Assembly (NCBI GenBank): GCA_963834385.1
Contig: CAWIBO010000003.1
Location: 384,001 to 448,000, forward strand
Source: an uncultured Verrucomicrobiae bacterium
GTDB lineage: Bacteria; Verrucomicrobiota; Verrucomicrobiia; Chthoniobacterales; UBA10450
DNA: 64,000 bases
Reading direction: 5' to 3'
Every line of letters begins with the position of its first letter. Positions within the stretch are counted from its first letter, which is position 1. The notes beneath the pieces were generated by a model that saw only the letters and a list, made by a program, of their open reading frames with translations, made no database searches and was not told the DNA's origin. Both the position numbers and the translations under genes were made by a program. Of this stretch, positions 51,525-62,176 are shown in pieces.

Positions 51525-51653
51525 TCGAAGAGGGGGACAGATTAGTCGGGGCCGCGGGCGGTTCAAACGGTTTTTCGGCGGCGCTGACTCGCCCGCGATT
51601 CTTTTCCCGCACGCTTTCGTCACCGAGGAGCCCGGCGCAGGGCAAAACCCCGC

Positions 51654-52157
51654 TTACCGGTTCTTCCAGATGACGAGGCTGCCGGCCAGTTTGTCGTGCC
51701 AGCCTTGTTTCCGGCCGTCCCATGCCACCCAGAGCAGCCCGAGAAAAAGCGGAATGATGGAGACGAAATAGCCGAGGTAGCGAATCACGCCCTGGAGCAG
51801 ATCGAGTTTTTCGCCCGTTTTCGCGTCGACCACGTGCAGCCCAAGGATCAGTTTCCCCGGGGTGCCTTTGCAGGTGATCCAGAGAAGGATGATCAGAATG
51901 GCCGGGAGAACGTAGGAGATGAGGAAGTCCGCCGGGCCCTTGATCAGTTCCGCCGAAGTAAAATACTCGCCGCCATAAATGGCGAACAAGAGCGGCAGGG
52001 TCAGGATGACGACAACGATCGTGTCAATGATGCTGGCCACGACCCGGATCCAGAACCCGGCCGGCCGGGGAACAACCGGAACCTGAAGGGGAATGGCCGG
52101 GGGAATGGTGCCGGGCGCGGCGGCAGCCGGTGGCAGGGGAGGCGGTGTCTGGTCCAT
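51654..52157 (-). CDS. RDD family membrane protein
   Basis: AGFWIRVVASIID, TPGK, KQGWHDKLAGS. Confidence 0.92.
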   Translation of the reverse strand: MDQTPPPLPPAAAAPGTIPPAIPLQVPVVPRPAGFWIRVVASIIDTIVVVILTLPLLFAIYGGEYFTSAELIKGPADFLISYVLPAILIILLWITCKGTPGKLILGLHVVDAKTGEKLDLLQGVIRYLGYFVSIIPLFLGLLWVAWDGRKQGWHDKLAGSLVIWKNR

Positions 52158-52168
52158 GGGGGCAGGCT

Positions 52169-53932
52169 CTAGTTGAGAAGCTCGGGATCGGGCATCTGCA
52201 CGACGCTGGCGCCGGCGGATGAATCAAGCTGTGAAAGCGCCTTCAAGGCCGGGCGCAACGGCGCGATGGCCTGGATGAGCGACCGGACAAGGACCTGCTC
52301 CGAGTTCTCCTTCTTTTTGCCGGCGAGGGCCTCGATCAGCGACGGCGGTTTTGGGTACCGCACGAGCTTCACGTTCTCTTCCGGTTTGATCCCGGAAAGT
52401 TCCTTGGCCAGTTCGACTGCGCGCTCGAATCCGCCCAGCTCGTCCACCAGCCCGAGTTTCTTCGCGTCTTCGCCACTCCAGACGCGGCCCTTGGCAATCT
52501 CGAGGACCCGTTCCTTCGGCAGGTTGCGGCCGGCCGCGACCTTGTCGGTGAACTCCTGGTAAATGCGGTCGAGCCACGAGTTGAACTTGGCCCACTGCTC
52601 GGGGGTGTAATCGTGCAGCCCGGAATACATGAGGGCGTTCTTGCCGGTCTGGACGCTGTCGAAGGTGAGCCCGAGCTTGTTGTTGAAGAAATCGCGGGTG
52701 AGCAGCTTGAAGGCGAGCACACCGATCGAGCCGGTGATGGTGGCGGGCTGCGCGATGACGCGGTCGGCCGCGAGCGCGACGATGTAACCGCCCGAGGCCG
52801 CGACGTTGCCCATGCTCACGACCACTTTTTTGCCCTTGTCGCGCGCGCGCTTCAGCTCGCGCAGGACGGCATCGGAGGCGACATACGAGCCGCCGGGACA
52901 ATCGATGCGGAAGAGGATCGTCTTGATCTTGTCGTCGTCCGCCGCGGCCCGGATCCCGGCACAAACGGTGTCCGAGCCCATGACGGTTTCGCCGGTAAAT
53001 GGGTTGCTCTGGCTTTCGCCGCGCTGGACGCCACCGACGCCGTAAACGATCGCGATCGGTTCGCCCTCCTTGAAGGGATGATCGCGCTTGTCGAGGTACG
53101 CCTTGAGATAGAGCAGGCGCGCATCTTTCACTTCGTTCCGGGCCTGCTCGTAGACTTCGTCGCGGTAAGCCAGTTGGTCGACCAGCCCGAGCTCGACCGC
53201 GTTGGTCCCGAGGTAGGGGCCGTTATTGATCAATTCCTCGACTTTTTCCGGGGGCATTTTGCGGCCCGCGGCGATCCCGGCCACGATCTGGCGGTGGATC
53301 GACTGGAGGAGAACGGTGACCGCTTCGCGGAAAGCCGGCGTCATCTGTTTTTCGGTGAAGACGTCGAAGGCGTTCTTGTATTCGTAGCGTTGCCCGCCGC
53401 GCGGGACGATCTCCAGCTTGTCGAGGAGGCCGCGGAAGAACATCGGCTCCGTCGCGGTGCCGGTCAGCCCGACATCGCCCGAGGGCTGGAGATAGATTTT
53501 GTCGAAAGCGGTGGCGAGATAATAGCTCCCGGTGCCGCCGGAGAATTCGCCGAAGGTCTCGGCAAAGGCGTAGGCTTTTTTGCCGCTCTGGCGAAAAGCG
53601 AGGATGGCGTTGCGCAGGTCCTGCCGCTGGGCCAGGCCCATCTCGCCGGTGCCGAGGCGCACGACCAGGAGTTTGACCCGGTCATCGCCGGTGGCCGAGC
53701 GGAGCCCGGCGAGCAAATCCTGGATGGTGGTGCGCTGCTCGAAACCGAGCTCGGCCAGCGGGGAGGGGTCGGAATCCTCGACCACGGCTTTTTCGAGGTC
53801 GAGTTCGAGAATGATCGCCTTGCCGCTGCGGTCGGCGAGACCGCGGCCGACGAAAAGGAGGAAAGCGCCGCCGAAGACAACCAAAAGGAGGAGAACGGCA
53901 ATGACGTTACGGAGAGTTTTTCGCTTTTTCAT
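52169..53932 (-). CDS. sppA: Signal peptide peptidase SppA (67K type)
   Basis: YYLAT, YKNA, IDCPGGS, SMGNVAASGGY, TGSIGV, GRVWSG. Confidence 0.93.
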   Translation of the reverse strand: MKKRKTLRNVIAVLLLLVVFGGAFLLFVGRGLADRSGKAIILELDLEKAVVEDSDPSPLAELGFEQRTTIQDLLAGLRSATGDDRVKLLVVRLGTGEMGLAQRQDLRNAILAFRQSGKKAYAFAETFGEFSGGTGSYYLATAFDKIYLQPSGDVGLTGTATEPMFFRGLLDKLEIVPRGGQRYEYKNAFDVFTEKQMTPAFREAVTVLLQSIHRQIVAGIAAGRKMPPEKVEELINNGPYLGTNAVELGLVDQLAYRDEVYEQARNEVKDARLLYLKAYLDKRDHPFKEGEPIAIVYGVGGVQRGESQSNPFTGETVMGSDTVCAGIRAAADDDKIKTILFRIDCPGGSYVASDAVLRELKRARDKGKKVVVSMGNVAASGGYIVALAADRVIAQPATITGSIGVLAFKLLTRDFFNNKLGLTFDSVQTGKNALMYSGLHDYTPEQWAKFNSWLDRIYQEFTDKVAAGRNLPKERVLEIAKGRVWSGEDAKKLGLVDELGGFERAVELAKELSGIKPEENVKLVRYPKPPSLIEALAGKKKENSEQVLVRSLIQAIAPLRPALKALSQLDSSAGASVVQMPDPELLN

Positions 53933-54078
53933 GGGGGAGCACCTTCTATATCCATTTGTCGGCTGGATTCGACCGATAATTTTGGAGGGACACCGCCGGA
54001 CCGGGCCTCGGCGATTGCGGTGGCCGACCGGCGCAGGTATATTCACGGCATCGTGCGCGCGACGGGAAGGGAACGCAG

Positions 54079-55755
54079 GTGAGTCAGGAACACGACGAGG
54101 GAATTTCCCCGGCCGGACGGCCGAAGACCGTGCTGGAGGCGGTTGACCGTCTCCTGGTTTCGCTGCCGGAAAACGACCCGGTGCGGACCGAGCTGGCGGC
54201 GCTGCGCGAGGAGGTGGCCGGCCAGGAGGAGATCATCGGCGAAGCGCGGCAGGTGATCGAAAAGCTGGAGCAGGTGATCAAGAAAGTGACCTCGCCGGCC
54301 AACCGGATCGGGACGTTCCTCGGCGCGGTCGGCCGCGACACCGCGCACATTGTCGTCGGCGGCTCCGATTATTTTTGCAACATCGATCCGCGCCTGCCGC
54401 GGCGGAGCCTGCGCAAGGGGACGCGCGTCCTCGTCAACGAAGCCTACGTCATTGTCGGTGATCTCGGCTACGAGACGGCCGGTCCGGTGGCGCGGGTGAC
54501 CGAGGTGCTTGGCTCCGAGCGTCTGCGGGTGGGCTCGGAGCAGGGGCTGCAATCGGTGGTGCTGGAGCGGTCCGACCGGCTGGAGGGTGTGGCGGTAAAA
54601 GTGGCCGACGAGGTGCGAGTCGATCCCGGTTTCCGGATGGCGCTCGAGGTCATGGCGCAGGGCAAAGCGCAGCAGCATTTCCTGGATGCGGTGCCGGAGT
54701 TGCCCTGGGAAAAGGTGGGCGGGCAGGAGGCGGCTTTGCAGGCGATTCGCGACGCCATCGAGTTGCCGCTTTTGCACCCGGAACTCTTCGAGAAGTTCGA
54801 TCATGCCACGCCCAAGGGTTTTCTCCTGCACGGCCCGCCGGGTTGCGGCAAGACCCTGATCGGCAAAGCCACGGCCTATAACCTGACGCGGCAGCTCCGG
54901 GAAAAGACGGGCGCCGACATGACGGAATATTTCATGCACGTGAAAGGCCCGGAAGTGCTCAACATGTGGGTGGGGGAATCCGAGCGCATGGTCCGCGAGA
55001 TCTTTGCCACCGCGCGCGAGAAAAGCCGGGAGGGATTCCTGCCTTTCCTCTTCATTGACGAAGCCGAGAGCATTCTGGGAACCCGGCGCGCCTCGCGTTT
55101 CTCCAACATTCTTTCCACGCTTGTGCCGATGTTCTGCGCCGAGATGGACGGGATCGATTCGCTGCATGAGGTGGTGATCATCCTGGCCTCGAATCGGGCT
55201 GACCTGATCGACCCGGCCATCCTGCGCCCGGGCCGGATCGACCGAAAGATTCGGGTGCGTCGGCCGGACAAGGCAGGGGCGCGCGCGATTTATCGGATCT
55301 ATCTGACGGATCGGCTGCCCTACGAAGGAGTGCTGGCGAAAGAAGGGAAGGGGATCGGGCCGGCCCTCGATCGGCTGGTGGAGCGCTTTGTGGACTGGCA
55401 GTTTGCGCGGCGGGACGAGAACCGGTTTTTGGAGGTCACGCTGCGGAGCGGACGCAAGGAAGCGCTTTATCGGAGCGATCTGTTGAGCGGCGCGCTCATT
55501 GCCTCCGTGGTGGAACGGGCCAAGGCCTACGCGATCAAGCGGGCCATCGCGACGGGGAACGAGGAGGGCATCAGCGAGGCCGATTTGCAGGCTTCGTTTC
55601 GAGCCGAGTTCGTCGAGAACGATATTTTTCCGCCGACTGATATCACGGAGGACTGGCTGAAGCTGATCGACTACGAGCCCGAGAACGTGGTCAAGGTCGC
55701 GCCGGTCCGGCCGGCGGGTGCGCGTCGGCGGGAACAGCCTTCCGCCGTGATCTAA
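54079..55755 (+). CDS. arc: Proteasome-associated AAA ATPase (ARC/Mpa-like)
   Basis: N-terminal coiled coil + OB region, DAIELP, GPPGCGKTLIGKA, VKGPEVLN.WVGESER, FIDE, IDPAILRPGR, SGA. Confidence 0.9.
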   Translation: MSQEHDEGISPAGRPKTVLEAVDRLLVSLPENDPVRTELAALREEVAGQEEIIGEARQVIEKLEQVIKKVTSPANRIGTFLGAVGRDTAHIVVGGSDYFCNIDPRLPRRSLRKGTRVLVNEAYVIVGDLGYETAGPVARVTEVLGSERLRVGSEQGLQSVVLERSDRLEGVAVKVADEVRVDPGFRMALEVMAQGKAQQHFLDAVPELPWEKVGGQEAALQAIRDAIELPLLHPELFEKFDHATPKGFLLHGPPGCGKTLIGKATAYNLTRQLREKTGADMTEYFMHVKGPEVLNMWVGESERMVREIFATAREKSREGFLPFLFIDEAESILGTRRASRFSNILSTLVPMFCAEMDGIDSLHEVVIILASNRADLIDPAILRPGRIDRKIRVRRPDKAGARAIYRIYLTDRLPYEGVLAKEGKGIGPALDRLVERFVDWQFARRDENRFLEVTLRSGRKEALYRSDLLSGALIASVVERAKAYAIKRAIATGNEEGISEADLQASFRAEFVENDIFPPTDITEDWLKLIDYEPENVVKVAPVRPAGARRREQPSAVI

Positions 55756-56537
55756 CGCCAGCGACGCCACCAGCGGCGGCGGGGCGGGGGAGCCGGCGGC
55801 CGGAGCGGCCGGGGTTTGATGACTTCGACCGAGGCGGCGAGAGCATCGTTGAATTCGCGGCGAATTTGTTCCTCCCGCCGGGCGTAGTGAACGCCCCAGC
55901 CGCGGGAGAAATCGGCGTCGGAATGGCGCGGCAGCATCTCGCGGGTGCGAGCAAGAAGATAATCGACCCCGAGCTGTTTGTAGTGGAGAAGGGCGACATC
56001 GCGTTTTCCCGGGACGGTATTGCCGGTGGGCGCGCACAGATGCCGGCCGGGCGTGTAGTTCATGGCGTCGATCTGGTTTGGATCGAAGATGCAGATTTTA
56101 TCGAGGTAAAACTGGCGCGACCCGCGTACCAGCGCCCGGCAAAGATCGGTCCTGGGCGGTGGAAACGTTTCGCTGATCATGTCGTAGCCGTTTGTCTGCA
56201 CCAGGGTGATGCCGTTTTCCTTTGCGAGGGCGAGATAACCACGGAGATCGCGGTGATAAAGGAACTCATCGATGTCGACCATGATGGTCCAGTCGCACTG
56301 TCCGCGGCTCTCCTGCATGATCGGCTTCTCGAGAGAGAGCTGGGCGTCGATGAAGGATTCGGCCCTCGGCAGCTCGCGCAATTCGACTTTGGGCGAGGCG
56401 GCCAGCAGCTCGCATGAACGGTCCGTGGAACCGTCATCGTAGATCACCATCCGGTCGGCGATCGGTTCGTAATGCGCCAGGAAAAACGGGATGAGTTGTT
56501 CCTCGTTCCAGCAGGGGGCATGAAGATCGATTCGCAC
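55752..56537 (-). CDS. Glycosyltransferase family 2-like protein
   Basis: WNEE, FFLAHY, YDDGSTD, VDIDEF, LLHYK. Confidence 0.85.
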   Translation of the reverse strand: MRIDLHAPCWNEEQLIPFFLAHYEPIADRMVIYDDGSTDRSCELLAASPKVELRELPRAESFIDAQLSLEKPIMQESRGQCDWTIMVDIDEFLYHRDLRGYLALAKENGITLVQTNGYDMISETFPPPRTDLCRALVRGSRQFYLDKICIFDPNQIDAMNYTPGRHLCAPTGNTVPGKRDVALLHYKQLGVDYLLARTREMLPRHSDADFSRGWGVHYARREEQIRREFNDALAASVEVIKPRPLRPPAPPPRRRWWRRWR

Positions 56538-56631
56538 CGCGCCGAGTGTGGGGGCGTTTTTTCGTGCGCGCCACGCTTTTTCGGGCGGCGACGGTCGACG
56601 AGGCCGGGGGATGCCCTAAGCTTTATCCGGG

Positions 56632-58108
56632 ATGAAAAGCGTTTTCGGGCTGGAGACGGAGTATGGGATCACGGTGGCGGGCGCCGAGTCGGAAATCGAC
56701 GTGGTGGCGGAGTCGATCGCGCTGGTCCGGAGCTACACTGAGCACGGAGCGCACATGAAGTGGGATTACGAACTGGAGGATCCGCACCAGGACGCCCGCG
56801 GGTTCCGCGCGCGGGAGCTGCTCCAGGACACGGACGAATCGGCCTACTACGAAGTGGACCGGCGGCGCGCGCTCACTTTCGAGGAGATCAAGAGCGACCT
56901 CGTGCTCTCCAACGGCGCCCGTTTTTACAACGATCATGCGCACCCGGAATATTCCACGCCGGAATGCAGCTCGCTGCGCGAGTTGGTGGCCCAGGACAAG
57001 GCGGGCGAACGCATCCTGGCCGAATGCGCGCGGCGGCGGCAAATCCATCTGCCCGGAAGGCCGCGCGCTCCGCCTCTACAAGAACAACACGGACTTCGTC
57101 GGGCACAGCTACGGCTGCCACGACAACTACCTGGTGGCCCGCGCGGTTCCCTGGAACGATCTCGTGGCGGGCATTCTTCCGTTTCTCGTCACCCGCCAGA
57201 TCTTCGCCGGCGCGGGAAAAATGGGCGTGGAATCGGAGAGCGCGGCCGGCCAGCCTGGTCTTTACCAGATCGCGCAGCGTTCGGATTTCTTCAGCGTCCT
57301 CGTGAGCATCGATACCATGAACCGGCGGCCGCTGGTGAACACGCGGGACGAGCCGCATGCCGACCCGGCGAAATACCGGCGGTTCCACGTGATCATTGGC
57401 GACGCCAACATGAGCGAGTGGGCCACGGCGATGAAAGTGGGGACCACCGCGCTCATTTTGGAGCTGATCGAGCGGGGAGAAGTCCCGGCGGTGGAGCTGG
57501 CCCAGCCGATCGAGGCCACACGGTCGATCAGCCGCGACCAGGATCATCAATGGATCGTGGAGCTGGCGGACGGCCGGAAAATTTCGGCGGTTGATCTGCA
57601 GCGGCTTTACCTGGCCGCGGCGCAGCGTCTGCCGGCGGAATCGATGGCGGAGCAGGGATGGATTCTCCAGGAATGGGAGAGCGTCCTGAACGATTTGGAC
57701 GATGACCCGACGAAAACCCGGGACCGGGTGGACTGGGCGGCGAAAAAAGAACTGCTCTCCGCCCTGCGCGAGGAGGAGAGACTGGAGTGGAGCGACCCGT
57801 GGCTGCAGGCGATCGACCTGGAGTATCACAACATTGACCCGGAGAGCGGGCTGGCGAGTGAACTGACCAGGCAGGGGTCGCTCCGGCGGCTCGTGACGGA
57901 GGAGGAAATCAAGGCGGCCATCTTCAATCCGCCCGAGACCACGCGCGCCTTCTTTCGTGGACGGGCCGTGGCGCAGTTCAATTCGCGGATCGAATCGATC
58001 CAGTGGGACGAGATCGTGTTTGCCGCAAAAGGTGGAAGCCGGCGCATAGCCCTCCCAGAGCCTGGCGCGAGCTACCGCGAGATGCTGGAGGAGATCAGGA
58101 CCAGCTGA
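56632..58108 (+). CDS. dop: Dop-like depupylase/deamidase (PafA/Dop family); apparent frameshift near 57055
   Basis: FGLETEYGI, Dop-loop WDY...[58 protein letters not shown]. Confidence 0.88.
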
Positions 58109-60647
58109 TCAGCCGCAGTTCGTGGCTCTGCTGGAGGTGCGGATGAGTGGGCACGGCGCGGACACTGAACGCATAGGCGCCGCTCTCGGTTGCCGGGATG
58201 TCGCCGGCATAACTGTATTCGCCGTGGGCGGCACCGCCTGCGGCCTGAAGCACCGTGGTGGCGGGATGCCTGATATCGCCGTTCTCCGTCTCGCCGTAAT
58301 AGGCTTCCACCCGCACGTTCCGCGGATCGACGGCGCCGAGGTGAACCCGGGCCGTCACCTGGAGTTTCTCGCCCACGAGGACGTTTTGCCGATCCTTGTT
58401 CCCCACCTGCACATCGGTGATGCGGACCTGCGCCCAGTCCTTGCGGATCCGTGATTTCCACTGGCTCAGCTCGGTCGCGGCCTGGCAGTTATCTCGCGAA
58501 AACTCGGCGAAACCGGCGGCGGCGGGCGCATAAAGCCGCTCGGCGTATTCCTTGACCATGCGGTGCGTGTTGAATACGGGGGTGACGCTGCGGATGGAAT
58601 CGCGCATCAACTGCAGCCAGGCCAGGGGAAGACGGCCGTCGGGCTTGGCGTAATAGAGCGGCACGATCTGGTTCTCGAGCAACTGGTAGAGGCTGTTCGC
58701 GTCCACCGCGCTCTGGAACTCCACCGTGCCGGTCTCGATTTCGGCCCCGATGGCCCAGCCGTTCTTGCCGTTGAAACCCTCGCACCACCAGCCATCGAGC
58801 ACGCTCAGGTTGAGCCCCCCGTTCGGGGGCGCCTTCATCCCGCTGGTCCCGCTCGCCTCGAGCGGCCGCAGCGGATTGTTCAGCCAGAGATCGACGCCCT
58901 GGACGAGCCGGCGCGCGATGTAGGTATCGTAATCCTCCACGAACACGATCCGGTTCTCCAGCCCGGCCTCGCGCGTGAACTCGTAGACTTCCTGGATGAG
59001 CGCCTTGCCCCCCTCGTCGCGCGGATGCGATTTGCCGGCAAAGATGAACTGCACCGGGCGGGTGGAATCGTTCACCAGGCGCTGCAGGCGTTCCTTGTCG
59101 GAAAAAAGCAGGGCGCCGCGCTTGTAGGTGGCGAAACGGCGGGCGAACCCGATGGTGAGGATCTCGGGATCAAGGATCTGGTTGATCTGGCGGATGGCCT
59201 CGGGCGCTTCGCCGATGCGGAGGGCGCGCTGCCGGGTGCGTTCCCGCACGAACTGGACGAGGCGCAGCTTCAGTTTCTGGTGTGTTTCCCACAGTTCCGT
59301 GTCGGGAATCTCGATCACGCCGCGCCAGAAGTCGGGATCGGTCAGGTTTTCCTCCCAGTCGCCGAGATACTTCGAGTAGAGGGCGGAGAACTCGGGGGCG
59401 AGCCAGGTCTTGGTGTGAATGCCGTTGGTGATGCTGGTGATCGGGACCTCGTGCTGCGGCACGCCGCTCCAGACGTCCTTCCAGAGACCCTGGCTGACCT
59501 TGCCGTGCAGCGCGCTCACGCCATTCGCGTGGCGCGAGGCGCGCAGGGCGAGAATGGTCATGCTGAAAGGATCATCGGCGTTCACGCGCGTCTGGCCGAA
59601 GGAGAAGAGTTCGTCGAAGGGAAGCCCGATCTCCTTCGCGAAATCGCCGAAATACTTGCGCATCATTTCGCGCGGGAAGGAATCGTTGCCCGCGGGCACG
59701 GGGGTGTGCGTGGTGAAAACGTTCGCGGCCGCGACCACCTGTAGGGCGGAATAGAAATCGAGCCCCTTTTCCTTGATCAGGAGACGGATGCGCTCGAGCG
59801 CGAGAAAGGCGGAATGCCCCTCGTTCATGTGAAAAACTTCCGACTCGATCCCGAGCAGACCGAGGACGCGGACGCCGCCGACGCCGAGGAGAATTTCCTG
59901 GCGCATGCGCATTTCGAGGTCGCCCCCGTAGAGTTCCGCCGTGATCAGCCGGTCTTCCGGCGTGTTCTCGGCCACGTCGGTATCGAGCAGGTAGAGGTTG
60001 ACCCGGCCGACGTGGAGTTCCCAGATTTTCGCCACGACTTCGCGGTCGAGGATGCGCACGGAAACGAGGACGCGCCGGTCATCCTTGCGCACCTCGCGGA
60101 TGGGCAGGTGATGGAAGTTCTGGTTCAGGTTGATCGCCTCCTGCATCCCGGTGCGATCGATTTGCTGGCGGAAATAGCCGTGCCGGTAAAGCAGGCCGAT
60201 GGCGTTGAAATTCAGGTCGAGATCGCTGGCCGACTTGCAATGGTCGCCGGCGAGAATGCCGAGGCCGCCCGAGTAATTGGGGATCGATTCGTGGAAACCG
60301 AACTCAGCCGAGAAATAGGCAATCGGTTTTTGCAGGACCTTGCCGGCGCCGGTCTTGCCGTAGGTGTCCTTGCGCGCCATGTAGCGCTTGAAGGCGTCGT
60401 GCACTTCCTTGAGTTCGCGCAGGAAATTCTTGTCCTGGGCCAGCTCCTCGAGGCGCGCCTGGCGCGAGAGCTGGAGCATCCGGATCGGGTTATGGTTGGT
60501 CCGGTTCCAGAGTTCGGGGTCGAGATGACGGAAAAGACGGCGGGCGGCCGGCTCCCAGGTCCACCAGAGGTTGAAGACCATTTCGCGCAACGGCTCGAGA
60601 GCGGCGGGAAGAATCGGGGCGACGTGATAGGTAAGATAATTCGGCAT
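58095..60647 (-). CDS. glgP: Alpha-glucan (glycogen) phosphorylase
   Basis: YSGGLGILAGD, HMNEGH, FARRFATYKR, EASGTSGMK. Confidence 0.96.
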   Translation of the reverse strand: MPNYLTYHVAPILPAALEPLREMVFNLWWTWEPAARRLFRHLDPELWNRTNHNPIRMLQLSRQARLEELAQDKNFLRELKEVHDAFKRYMARKDTYGKTGAGKVLQKPIAYFSAEFGFHESIPNYSGGLGILAGDHCKSASDLDLNFNAIGLLYRHGYFRQQIDRTGMQEAINLNQNFHHLPIREVRKDDRRVLVSVRILDREVVAKIWELHVGRVNLYLLDTDVAENTPEDRLITAELYGGDLEMRMRQEILLGVGGVRVLGLLGIESEVFHMNEGHSAFLALERIRLLIKEKGLDFYSALQVVAAANVFTTHTPVPAGNDSFPREMMRKYFGDFAKEIGLPFDELFSFGQTRVNADDPFSMTILALRASRHANGVSALHGKVSQGLWKDVWSGVPQHEVPITSITNGIHTKTWLAPEFSALYSKYLGDWEENLTDPDFWRGVIEIPDTELWETHQKLKLRLVQFVRERTRQRALRIGEAPEAIRQINQILDPEILTIGFARRFATYKRGALLFSDKERLQRLVNDSTRPVQFIFAGKSHPRDEGGKALIQEVYEFTREAGLENRIVFVEDYDTYIARRLVQGVDLWLNNPLRPLEASGTSGMKAPPNGGLNLSVLDGWWCEGFNGKNGWAIGAEIETGTVEFQSAVDANSLYQLLENQIVPLYYAKPDGRLPLAWLQLMRDSIRSVTPVFNTHRMVKEYAERLYAPAAAGFAEFSRDNCQAATELSQWKSRIRKDWAQVRITDVQVGNKDRQNVLVGEKLQVTARVHLGAVDPRNVRVEAYYGETENGDIRHPATTVLQAAGGAAHGEYSYAGDIPATESGAYAFSVRAVPTHPHLQQSHELRLISWS

Positions 60648-60772
60648 GAAATCGGGCGGGCTGGGAAGTAAGCCGGGAGTGTGGCAGGAAAATTTTTTGC
60701 AGCAAGCGTTCACCGCGGCGTTTTCCCCGGTAGAGTGAGCGCCCGCCGGTGGAGCCGGCGGGGAGACCGCCC

Positions 60773-62158
60773 ATGAACTTTCGCTCTTTTACCATCCTGG
60801 CCCGTTCCCTCCGGCACGAGGGGGCGGCGACCATGGCGCTGGCCCTGCCGATCATCGGCGGGCAGCTCAATCACATGGTCATCGGGCTGACCGACACCCT
60901 CATGGTCGGCCGGTTGGGCGTGGTGCCGCTGGCCGCGGCCACCTTTGCCAACACCGTCCTGCAGGTTCCGTTGATCGTCGGCATCGGCATCAGCATGGCC
61001 GTCTCCATCCGGGTCTCGCAGGCGCGCGGCGCCGCCGACGTGCAGGGAGCGCGCATGGCCCTGCGCCACGGCCTTTATCTCGGCCTGGCCATCGGTCTTC
61101 TCACCATGCTGGGGGTCTGGAGCATCCAGCCGTTCCTTGGATTGTTCCGGCAGGAACCGGCCATCATCGAGGCGGTTCCCCGCTATTTTCTCCTGATCGC
61201 TTTTTCCATGGTGCCGGCGCTCGGGGCGATGGCGGTGAAGAATCATGCCGATGCCATGAACAGCCCGTGGCCGCCGTTCTGGATTCTCTCGGGCGGCTCG
61301 GTCCTGAACATCCTTTTAAACTGGATTTTCATCTATGGAAATTTCGGCTCGCCGGCGCTCGGGCTGGACGGGGCCGGGGTCGCCACCTTGCTGACCCGCA
61401 TCGCCACTTTGGCGGCCCTGCTGGCCTGGTGCCGTCAGGCGCCGGCGGTGCGCGATTGGGTGCCGCAACGCTGGCTTCGCCCGCCCTCCTGGCCGGCAGT
61501 GCGCAGCCTGCTCGCGGTAGGTTTCCCGGCCACCCTGCAATTGCTCGCGGAGGTGAGCGCGTTTGTCATGGCGACCCTTCTCATCGGCACGCTCGGCGCG
61601 GTGGCGCTGGCTTCCCATCAGGTGGCCCTGAGCTGCGCGGCCATGGTCTTCATGGTTCCGCTCGGGCTTTCCATGGCCCTGACCGTGCGGATGGGCGCGG
61701 CCTGGGGCGCGCGCGATCAATCACGGCTCCGTCCGATTTTGCTGAGCGGCTGGCTCCTCGCTTTCGCCTTTACCCTCATCAGCGCGCAAATCTTTCTCTA
61801 TTTTAATGAGATGATTGCCGGCGCCTTCCTGACCGATCCGGTGGCGATTCGCCTGACCGCGACCCTTCTCCTGGTGAGCGCGGCGTTTCAGATGGGTGAC
61901 GCCATGCAAATCTCCTCCGTCGGGGCGCTCCGCGGCCTGAACGACGTCAAGGTGCCGGCGGCGCTTTCATTTTTCGCCTACTGGGTGATCTCGATCCCGG
62001 CCGGATGGGCCCTGATGTTCCCGGCGGGTCTCGGCGTTCCGGGCATGTGGTGGGGAATAACGATCGGGCTGACGCTGACGGCCGTGCTTTTGGGCGTTCG
62101 TGTCTGGCGCCTGACCGCCCGGGCGTGGTCGCTTTGGCCGGTGGAAGAGGCGCGATGA
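60773..62158 (+). CDS. MATE family efflux transporter
   Basis: LALP..., DTLMVGRLG, GAGVAT, ASHQVA, GALRG. Confidence 0.92.
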   Translation: MNFRSFTILARSLRHEGAATMALALPIIGGQLNHMVIGLTDTLMVGRLGVVPLAAATFANTVLQVPLIVGIGISMAVSIRVSQARGAADVQGARMALRHGLYLGLAIGLLTMLGVWSIQPFLGLFRQEPAIIEAVPRYFLLIAFSMVPALGAMAVKNHADAMNSPWPPFWILSGGSVLNILLNWIFIYGNFGSPALGLDGAGVATLLTRIATLAALLAWCRQAPAVRDWVPQRWLRPPSWPAVRSLLAVGFPATLQLLAEVSAFVMATLLIGTLGAVALASHQVALSCAAMVFMVPLGLSMALTVRMGAAWGARDQSRLRPILLSGWLLAFAFTLISAQIFLYFNEMIAGAFLTDPVAIRLTATLLLVSAAFQMGDAMQISSVGALRGLNDVKVPAALSFFAYWVISIPAGWALMFPAGLGVPGMWWGITIGLTLTAVLLGVRVWRLTARAWSLWPVEEAR

Positions 62159-62176
62159 CGCGTATTCCTGCCCGGG

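Noticed and set aside
57040..57070. Programmed frameshift in dop
   Set aside because: No canonical slippery heptamer; it matches the window-wide indel error pattern
55750..58110. pup/ubact gene next to arc or dop
   Set aside because: No small acidic ORF ending in GE/GQ was found; the space is taken by the glycosyltransferase and glgP
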